From Bacillota bacterium (GTDB taxonomy: Bacteria; Bacillota; Clostridia; Christensenellales; Aristaeellaceae): DNA of 64,000 nucleotides. Numbering within the stretch: the first letter of the stretch is position 1; each line of letters starts with the position of its first letter. Where the stretch lies: assembly GCA_023395615.1 (NCBI GenBank), contig JAEWYP010000067.1, positions 8,743 through 72,742 of the forward strand, written 5' to 3'. Positions 29,187 to 36,574 of this stretch are shown in pieces. The position numbers and the translations under genes were made by a program. Below the pieces are notes generated by a model. The model saw only the letters and a program-made list of their open reading frames with translations. It made no database searches and was not told the origin of the DNA.

Positions 29187-30560
29187 TTACCAGCTTGCCT
29201 TGGCGGCGATGGCAACGGCCTTCTGGTGGGCGGCATCCACTTTGTTTGTGCCATGCGTGCGACTGTTCTTGAAGTGGATGCAGAAATGGCCGTCAAAGTT
29301 GTTGTTGCTGATGGTTGTGGTGCCGTGGGGCATGCCGTTCATCGACGCGGCATAGACGTGATTCTTGTACAGAATCAGGATTGGGCGGCGGTTCCAGCTC
29401 CACGAACCGCCGTAAATGCTCTTCATGATCGCGGTATCTTCGGCGGTGAGCGGTTCGGTGTCCATGTGGTTCACGCCGCTCCAGCGTTTGCCTTTAAAGG
29501 TTTTTCCGGTACGTACGTCCTTGATGGTGACGATTGCTTTTTTGGGAATCAGTGAGCTTACATCATCCGCGAACCAGTCCAGCACCTCTGTTTTATAGGA
29601 GCTCTTGGAGGAAGACGTGCTGGTTTTGGACGAACTGGAACCGGTGTTGAACATCACGCGGATAGTGGATGCGCCTGCGATACCGTCCGCGTTCATACCC
29701 CGTTTTGTCTGGAAACGTTTGACCGCCTCTACCGTCTGCGTACCGTAATCCCCATCGATATTGCCGTTGTAATACCCCAGCAATTCCAGCGCCTGTTGAA
29801 TCTTTACCACGTTATCCCCGCTGGAGCCTTCCTTGCAGGCGCTCGGCGCGGTGCCAATGTCTTCAATGCTGGCGACTGTGTTGGCCGCATCGGACCCGGC
29901 GACTGTATCCGAGGCGGAGCCATCCTCACCGGAAGAAGTATCCGATGTGGTCGTTGTGGTGGTCGCGCTGGAAGCGGATACGGTAAGATCGGCGGTTTTG
30001 GCACAGGAACCAAATATGGATTTGATGGTCGCCTGGCCGGCCACCCCGTCCGGCGTAAGGTTAGCGGATTGCTGATAGAGCGCCACGGCGGTTTGCGTGC
30101 CGTTGCCGTACTTTCCGTCTGCTCCCTGTGTGTAAAAGCCCAGTATCTTCAGGGCTTTCTGCAGCTTGGTTACATCGTTGCCCTCGTCCCCTGCGCGCAG
30201 GGGGCCGGGCGCGTCGCCGAGCTTCGCGATCGCGTCGGCATTCGCTGCGACGGATTGCTTTGAAACCTGCACATAGCTCTTCATAACGTAACCGGAATAC
30301 TTTCCATAACGAATCTTATACCAGTCGCCGGACGAATCCAGCACGGTTACGGTGTCGCCTTCAGGAAGCGTTTGCACAGCCTTGGAATCTTTTGAGGCAG
30401 CTTTACGCAGAACCACTTTCGCGGTAAGCGTGCCTTCTGTTTCCGCCCAAGCGGTTCGGTACGCGGGAATGCCGGTTAATATTACCGCACATAGTGCAAG
30501 CACTGTCAGCCTGCGCCATAAATGCTGTCCTGATTTCAAACGGAATCGTAAACTTGCCAT
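29187..30560 (-). CDS. Secreted SH3b plus 2x peptidoglycan-binding (PG_binding_1-like) protein with an uncharacterised C-terminal domain
   Basis: After the signal peptide there is one SH3b unit (VVLRKAASKDSKAVQTLPEGDTVTVLDSSGDWYKIRYGKYSGYV). Two LQ.AL..LG(F)Y....DG.YG..T..AV..(F)Q repeats follow, separated by Ser/Thr linkers. The last 150 aa or so are not recognised. Confidence 0.8.
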   Translation of the reverse strand: MASLRFRLKSGQHLWRRLTVLALCAVILTGIPAYRTAWAETEGTLTAKVVLRKAASKDSKAVQTLPEGDTVTVLDSSGDWYKIRYGKYSGYVMKSYVQVSKQSVAANADAIAKLGDAPGPLRAGDEGNDVTKLQKALKILGFYTQGADGKYGNGTQTAVALYQQSANLTPDGVAGQATIKSIFGSCAKTADLTVSASSATTTTTTSDTSSGEDGSASDTVAGSDAANTVASIEDIGTAPSACKEGSSGDNVVKIQQALELLGYYNGNIDGDYGTQTVEAVKRFQTKRGMNADGIAGASTIRVMFNTGSSSSKTSTSSSKSSYKTEVLDWFADDVSSLIPKKAIVTIKDVRTGKTFKGKRWSGVNHMDTEPLTAEDTAIMKSIYGGSWSWNRRPILILYKNHVYAASMNGMPHGTTTISNNNFDGHFCIHFKNSRTHGTNKVDAAHQKAVAIAAKASW

Positions 30561-30836
30561 CGTGGCACCTCCTCGACAAAGGCGATTCGATCCAATCGCT
30601 GCAATTAATGTATTACAAAAATATTAAGAAGTCAATACGGGAATGCAACATATTTACAGTTGCTACGACCGGAAAGGGAGACTCGGAGAAGTAAAAAAGG
30701 AAAGAATTTCATTTTCGGGAGGTTTTACTATTGACGAAAACGTTTATGATGGTTAAACTAATTCTTGAATTTGATGCGATCGTTTTTATATCGCCTGGTG
30801 ATAATACAGAATGTTTTGGAGGTTTTTGCGCTGGCT

Positions 30837-33263
30837 ATGAAACAACTCAATGGAACGGTCACGCTCTGTTATCTGGAAGAAGATAACCAGCAACGCGTGA
30901 TTTTTAGAGTCGTACCCCTGTGCACGCGGGAAGGCGTGGTTTTTCGCTCCCAGAAGACGGAATTCCCGGATCATGGCAGTTTGCGGATCGTACCGGATAA
31001 AAGGGAACAGAGCACTTTTAAGGAACGGATGCGCGCGATGGGCAATCTGTGCGCAATTCAACTGATCAGTGATGGGAAAGAATTGGCAAAGGTGCGGCAA
31101 AACCGCAACTACGATCCCGGACAGGGGGAGTGTAATCAGTTTGCCATTTATTCTGATGTGATCAGCGAGTTCTCCGATGAAGGGGTTTTTGAGGTATTCG
31201 ACGAAGGGGCGGATTATTCGTCCGCGCTTTCTCCGCGTGTAATGCTGCGCCGCGGCAAAGTGCTGTATGGTCCGCTGGATCGTACTGCCCCCGCGGACTG
31301 GTCTGTGTTGCGCCCATACGGTAACGACAGCTACCTGCTGCATTGTGTGGAGATGCCGGATGCTTCGCAGCATACGTATTACTGGGATCCGGAACAGACG
31401 GTGAACTGGCGGCAGCGCCGGGGCACGTTGCGCCGTGGCAAACCCGGAGGAGAGAACATCCGGACGGATGATGGCGAACAAACACCGACAACAGAGGCGG
31501 AGAGACCTTCTGTTTCCGTCTCTGCGCAGGAGCCTTTGCATCAAAGTGCAAGTGTCACGTATATTTCTATGCCCGTTCGCGCGATACAGGCACAGCCCGC
31601 TGCGCCGGTGATACTTCCACAGCTTCCGACCAGAGAAAATGCTGCCGATACACCCGTTGATCCGCCAGCCATAGCGATCTCAGAAGAACCGGGTTTTACT
31701 GATGCTGCTGGGATAATGGAAGCAGAAACTTCCTTACCGATCGGGACGAGGCTGGATATTCTGGATAACGATATATCTTTTGAAGATCAGTTGTCGAAGC
31801 TGGATCAGCCGATTTCCCCGGAGGCGAATCTGCTGGCGCATGCCGCCGACACAACGCCTGCCGCAGACGACGAAGCCGACGATACGCCCCGGTACAGCGG
31901 AACGCCGCTTGTGAAGACTGGTGTGAGAATCCCCGCGCCTGTGTTTTCCGGTGCGACCGTGCAGGATGTGGTGGAGCGACAGATGCGTGCCGCTTCCCGC
32001 CAGCCGGGCGCTTATCAGAGCGACTTTGTATACCGGGAGAATCCAATTGAGGCTCTGAACCAGGCGCTGGACGCTGTGTGGAGTGAGCCGGACACACGCA
32101 GGCAGGCGCTGGATGCGCTTTGCGACAACGAGATATTCACGCAGGCGTTTGTGAAAAGGCTGCGCTTAAGCGGCCGTGAACTGCGCGCTGTGGAAGCGGC
32201 GCAGGATCAGCTGGCGGAGATTGAAGCGGAACGACTGAAACTGCTGATGCAGCTGGACGCCTTGAAGAAAGATGAGAAGGAAGCAAAGGATGCTCTGCGC
32301 GCCAGCATGAGCCAGAAGAAGCGGGACGAATTAGCGCAGCTTGAAGAACGCGAACGTGTTTTGCGTGCCGAGATGGAAAAACTGACTGCTCTGCTAACCG
32401 TGCTGAGCGATCAGGCAAGCCGGTATACGTTGGAGACGCTGGCTCAGCAGGGTGGACAGCTGTGCGTGGCAAGCGGTGATACCCTGACACTGGCACCACG
32501 GATCGGTACGAAACGCCAGCCGGAAGAACTGATTGCCGCCGTACGAACCGCGATGAACAGACAGGGATTTACCCCCACAGAAGATGACGCGGTAGAGCTG
32601 CTGACCTATTTTGCTGTGCAGGATGAGTTTTGCATCCGCGCCGAAACCGTTTCACTGGCGGCGCTCTGTGCTCGGGCCATGCTGGAAGCGCTGGGCCTTA
32701 TCAGTGTAACGGCTTTTACAGCCGGTAACACCCGCCTGTCGGTGGCCAGTCTGCTGCCGGAGAACCATCTGCGTACGCCTACTGTGGAGGTTGGGCCGAT
32801 TGGCCGCCCTGCCGCAGTGATTTTCGGACATAAAACGATCCGCGTGCTGGACGCACAGACCGTTCCTCCGCTGGGAATGCCGGTGCTTCAGGCTCCGCCC
32901 TACCGGGCGATCACCGGCCTGCCGAGGGAGAGTGAATCCGCTGCTCCCGTTTCGCTGGAAGCCCTACGCGCTTTCCGCGAACAGGCGGCTCCACTGCCGC
33001 CGGCCGGTGAGGCATGGGTGGACGAGATGTCCAAGCTGCTCGAAAAACAGGGAATTCAGCCTGCGGAAAACACACTCCGGCAGGTTCGCGTATTCCTATC
33101 CGTCGCATCCCTTCGCCTGCGGGGGGGCTTTCTGGCTGCTGCGGACGCAGCTACGTTAGGCTGGGCAGTGCCGATCGTGCTGGAGCGGCAGCTGGATTTG
33201 GAGGCCTTGCGGCCGGTTCTGATCAACCTGCCGAGAAGTCTGACGGCGTTAAACATCCGCTAA
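30837..33263 (+). CDS. Hypothetical protein, 808 aa, with no recognisable domain; it has a central low-complexity region and a coiled coil
   Basis: A long ORF with normal codon usage and its own strong terminator. The ATG at 30837 is the first plausible start in the ORF opening at 30765, and its RBS is weak or distant (GGAGG 15 nt upstream). There is no signal peptide, TM segment or P-loop. Confidence 0.7.
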   Translation: MKQLNGTVTLCYLEEDNQQRVIFRVVPLCTREGVVFRSQKTEFPDHGSLRIVPDKREQSTFKERMRAMGNLCAIQLISDGKELAKVRQNRNYDPGQGECNQFAIYSDVISEFSDEGVFEVFDEGADYSSALSPRVMLRRGKVLYGPLDRTAPADWSVLRPYGNDSYLLHCVEMPDASQHTYYWDPEQTVNWRQRRGTLRRGKPGGENIRTDDGEQTPTTEAERPSVSVSAQEPLHQSASVTYISMPVRAIQAQPAAPVILPQLPTRENAADTPVDPPAIAISEEPGFTDAAGIMEAETSLPIGTRLDILDNDISFEDQLSKLDQPISPEANLLAHAADTTPAADDEADDTPRYSGTPLVKTGVRIPAPVFSGATVQDVVERQMRAASRQPGAYQSDFVYRENPIEALNQALDAVWSEPDTRRQALDALCDNEIFTQAFVKRLRLSGRELRAVEAAQDQLAEIEAERLKLLMQLDALKKDEKEAKDALRASMSQKKRDELAQLEERERVLRAEMEKLTALLTVLSDQASRYTLETLAQQGGQLCVASGDTLTLAPRIGTKRQPEELIAAVRTAMNRQGFTPTEDDAVELLTYFAVQDEFCIRAETVSLAALCARAMLEALGLISVTAFTAGNTRLSVASLLPENHLRTPTVEVGPIGRPAAVIFGHKTIRVLDAQTVPPLGMPVLQAPPYRAITGLPRESESAAPVSLEALRAFREQAAPLPPAGEAWVDEMSKLLEKQGIQPAENTLRQVRVFLSVASLRLRGGFLAAADAATLGWAVPIVLERQLDLEALRPVLINLPRSLTALNIR

Positions 33264-33283
33264 GAAAACTAGTTAAATTGCAG

Positions 33284-33326
33284 AAACGCCCGGAAGAGAA
33301 GCCGACTTTCTCTTCCGGGCGTTTTA
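33284..33326. terminator. Bidirectional terminator between the 808-aa gene and PBP1A
   Basis: AAACGCCCGGAAGAGAA-gccgac-TTTCTCTTCCGGGCGTTT is a 17-bp stem with T-runs on both strands. Confidence 0.75.
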
Positions 33327-33363
33327 TGGTTAAGGGGGATGCCGCTCCGCAGGGATTGGCGTG

Positions 33364-36201
33364 TTAATAGGTCGCGGCCATCGCCTGTGTAAGCTGGCTC
33401 ATTGCGGCAGCAATATCCGCGCTGCTGGGGTTGCCGTTGTCCACCAAACTTTGCAGATAAGAGATGGCCGATATAATGTTCTGGTAAGTTGCGCTGTTGC
33501 TGTCCATCCCGTTCAGAACGCCCTGCGCGCTCTGGATTAACGTTCGCGCGTCAGGAATCAGTGTATTCTGAACGAATGGATCACTTCCGTCCGTGCTCAC
33601 GCTGGACTCTGTCTGATGCAGCGGGCAGATGGAGGACGAAGAACCGAAGTATTCCGTAAGCACATCCGCGTAGGTGGGATCGTTGACAAACTTATACAGG
33701 GGATGACCTTCCGGGATGACGACCACGCCTTTCATGACTGTGGAAGGGCAATAGGGGGTGGCGATCATGTTGCTTTCGGTACAAACAGCCATTTCGCGAT
33801 GCATCTGGCACTGCACGGTCGGTACGGTGGGAGTATACCAGTAATCCGTCACGACGCCATAACCCATAGCGTCGTTGCGGCAGGCGTCGGTCGCCAGCTG
33901 GCCGCTGACCGCGCAGGTAGTCACCTTGGTGAGCCCATAGCTTTCAGGATCGCCGTCCAGTATATTCTTGTCGTCCAGATTTTTTGCCTTATGGATCGCG
34001 GCCATATAACTTTGCCAGAGCAGCGTGGCACTGTTACCGCCGGACGCTTTGGAAGAAAGCGGTTTGTAGTTATCGTGGCCTATCCACAGCGAGGAGCAGT
34101 ACCAACCGGTCATGCCGCAGAAGAAAATGCCGCGCTGATCGCTGTTGGTACCGGTTTTTCCAGCGACGGTCTGGCCCTTAATTTTCGCCTTGGTAGCGGT
34201 GCCTCCACTGACCACGTCCTTCATCATATCCACCACAAGCCACGCTGTGGAAGCCCGGAACACCTGCCGACGCTCCTGCTTCTGGTGGCTGTCCCACACA
34301 ACGTTTCCGTTGCTGTCCGAGATGCCCAGCACGGAAATCGGCTCCTGATAGACGCCTCCGTTGCCAAGCACCCCGTAAGCGACCGCCATCTGTACGGGCG
34401 TAATGCCGCTGGAACCCAACGCCAACCCGAAGGGGGTGGCGTTGATATTGTCCCTTGCGACCCCTTCTTTCAGCAGAAAATCCAGGGAACGGTCGGTACC
34501 GACATAGTTCATCAGCGTATAGGCGGCACTTACGTTCTGGCTGTTCATCATCGCCTTGCGAAGCGTCGTTGGGCCGGTGTAACCGCCGCCCCCGTAGTTT
34601 TTGGGCCAGGTGTCCTTCCCTTTATCGTCCGTCCAGCCGCTGATGGGCAGCGGCATGTTGTAAACGATGCTTGCGGGCGAGGCGCCCAGCTCGATCGCCG
34701 GGGCGTATACGGAAATGGGCTTGATGGCTGAACCGACAGGCATCTTCATATCGGTGGCCCTGTTCAGGGTCTTTCGCTGTGTGGGTTTCGTGCGGCCGCC
34801 CACGATCGCTTTCAGTTCACCGGTACGGTAATCCAGCACAACGGCCGCGGCTTGGGGTTCCGCGATTTCCGTGTAACTTCCGTCGCTGTTTTTTGCACGG
34901 TATACCTTATCGCTGGGATCGCGCAGGGCGGGATACTTGGTCCAGCCCTCCAGCGTGTCTTCCACGATGGTCTGAATATCGGTATCGATTGCGAGGGTTA
35001 CGTGGTAGCCGCCGGTACGCAGTTCATTTTCCATCTTGTTGCGGTTTTCGCTTGTGTCCTCCAGCCCGTTCAGTTTCAGGAAATCGCTCACGACTTCCTT
35101 CACGGCGTATTCCACATAATGTGCGTAGGGGTACATACCTTCCCCCTCGGTGGTTGAGGTCTGCAATACGTTCGCGGTTCCCGTGTTCAGCGCGTCCTGA
35201 TACTCCTGATAGGTGATAAACTCGCTTTCGTACATGCATTTCAGCACGTAATCAGTGCGGTCGTTCGTCAGCTTCTTGTAGTCCGTGGTATCGGACTGAC
35301 GCACGTAAAAATTCCGACGGGGATTATAGTAATAGGGGTTATTGGTAAGCCCGGCCAGCATTGCGCACTCCCTCAGCGAAAGTTGGGAGAGATCCTTGCC
35401 GTAATACCCTTCCGCGGCTACCTCGACACCGTAGTAGTTTTCGCCTAAATAGATGGTGTTTAAATAACACTCCAGAATTTGATCCTTCGTATACATGGTT
35501 TCCAGCTGCATCGCAAGATAGGCTTCCTGGATTTTTCGTTTATAACTCAATTCGCTGCTCAGCACGGTATTCTTGATCAGTTGCTGGGTGATGGTGGAGC
35601 CGCCTTCGTTGGTGTTGGAAACCATATTTTTAACAAAAGAACCAACAATACGCTTCAGGTCAATGCCGTTATGAGTATAAAAACGCGCGTCTTCCACGGC
35701 GACAAACGCATGCTGCAAGTTCACTGGCATCTGGGAGATGCTCACCATGACGCGATTTTCGGTACCTTTATAATCGGTAAGCACATTGCCGTTGGAATCA
35801 TAAATAAAACTGGTTTTATCCTGTTCGCTCAGCTTGGCCAGATCCAGCGTGGGAGCCGTTTCCATATAGGCTTTTGCAATCCCGACAACCGCGCCCGCCA
35901 TGGCCAGACCACCCAGGATAATAACGATCAGCAAAATACGTACAGCGTTCACCAGCACTGAAAGGATAAAATTCGGTTTGGTGAGCCGAGGCTTAAAAAT
36001 GGTAAATTTTCGGCGGGTGGGATACTCCGTGCCGCCGGGAGGCGGCGCCTGGTAAGCGGGCCCGCCGTCATAAGACGTTTCCGGCTCGTCGTTTACTACG
36101 TATCCGGCTTCGTCGGACTCGTATTCATCCTCGCGAAAATCCTGTGGCGGCTGATACAATGCGATACCTCCCCCGGTGATTGTGTCTCTTTTCGGGGCCA
36201 T
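33364..36201 (-). CDS. Class A penicillin-binding protein (PBP1A family transglycosylase/transpeptidase)
   Basis: GT51 motifs are present (EDARFYTHNGID, GGSTITQQL), as are the TP motifs SAIKP, SQN and KTGTN. It has an acidic/Pro-rich cytoplasmic N-terminus, one TM segment, and a Cys-containing C-terminal extension. Confidence 0.9.
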   Translation of the reverse strand: MAPKRDTITGGGIALYQPPQDFREDEYESDEAGYVVNDEPETSYDGGPAYQAPPPGGTEYPTRRKFTIFKPRLTKPNFILSVLVNAVRILLIVIILGGLAMAGAVVGIAKAYMETAPTLDLAKLSEQDKTSFIYDSNGNVLTDYKGTENRVMVSISQMPVNLQHAFVAVEDARFYTHNGIDLKRIVGSFVKNMVSNTNEGGSTITQQLIKNTVLSSELSYKRKIQEAYLAMQLETMYTKDQILECYLNTIYLGENYYGVEVAAEGYYGKDLSQLSLRECAMLAGLTNNPYYYNPRRNFYVRQSDTTDYKKLTNDRTDYVLKCMYESEFITYQEYQDALNTGTANVLQTSTTEGEGMYPYAHYVEYAVKEVVSDFLKLNGLEDTSENRNKMENELRTGGYHVTLAIDTDIQTIVEDTLEGWTKYPALRDPSDKVYRAKNSDGSYTEIAEPQAAAVVLDYRTGELKAIVGGRTKPTQRKTLNRATDMKMPVGSAIKPISVYAPAIELGASPASIVYNMPLPISGWTDDKGKDTWPKNYGGGGYTGPTTLRKAMMNSQNVSAAYTLMNYVGTDRSLDFLLKEGVARDNINATPFGLALGSSGITPVQMAVAYGVLGNGGVYQEPISVLGISDSNGNVVWDSHQKQERRQVFRASTAWLVVDMMKDVVSGGTATKAKIKGQTVAGKTGTNSDQRGIFFCGMTGWYCSSLWIGHDNYKPLSSKASGGNSATLLWQSYMAAIHKAKNLDDKNILDGDPESYGLTKVTTCAVSGQLATDACRNDAMGYGVVTDYWYTPTVPTVQCQMHREMAVCTESNMIATPYCPSTVMKGVVVIPEGHPLYKFVNDPTYADVLTEYFGSSSSICPLHQTESSVSTDGSDPFVQNTLIPDARTLIQSAQGVLNGMDSNSATYQNIISAISYLQSLVDNGNPSSADIAAAMSQLTQAMAATY

Positions 36202-36355
36202 TATACCATAGGGAGAGGCGTTTTCCTAGCTGTGGGAGCGCGCGCGGAAGGGTTGGCAAGCGGAAATGCAGAAAAATGGCTGAATACGGGACGGTGTTGA
36301 ATTTGTAAATCGTTGTGATCAGGAGGCGCTAAAGCAGGGCTGCGGCCCTTTTTGC

Positions 36356-36384
36356 TTGACACGCCTAACTGGATGAACTACAAT
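36356..36384 (+). promoter_or_regulatory. Near-consensus sigma-A promoter (TTGACA-N17-TACAAT) for the 700-aa surface protein gene
   Basis: Read directly. It implies a 5' leader of about 185-190 nt. Confidence 0.55.
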
Positions 36385-36574
36385 AGGCAGAGAGCCTTAA
36401 TTCGGTTGTCATCCGGCGGTCTGCACGGTACAGCGCCGGGGTAAGCCTGAAAGGCGCGACGATACGGAAGGTTCCTGCCGAACGCCTTGCCGCGCGATCC
36501 ATCCTGCGGCAAATCGGCGATCGGTCTGAACCACCGAAGGGAGGAAGGGCGTACCCCTGAACGCCCGAGCGAAT

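Noticed and set aside
36385-36574. Assignment of the surface-protein leader to a known riboswitch class (cobalamin, c-di-GMP I/II, c-di-AMP ydaO)
   Set aside because: There are superficial resemblances: CAGCG..GTAAG..GAAAGG.GCGA and a ...CCTGCC 3' element reminiscent of the B12 box. However, the core signatures I know are absent. These are GGGAA/GGTG.AA.TCC and GCCACTG for cobalamin, ACGCAAAGC for GEMM-I, and CAGCTAAC for ydaO. I report it only as an unclassified structured leader.
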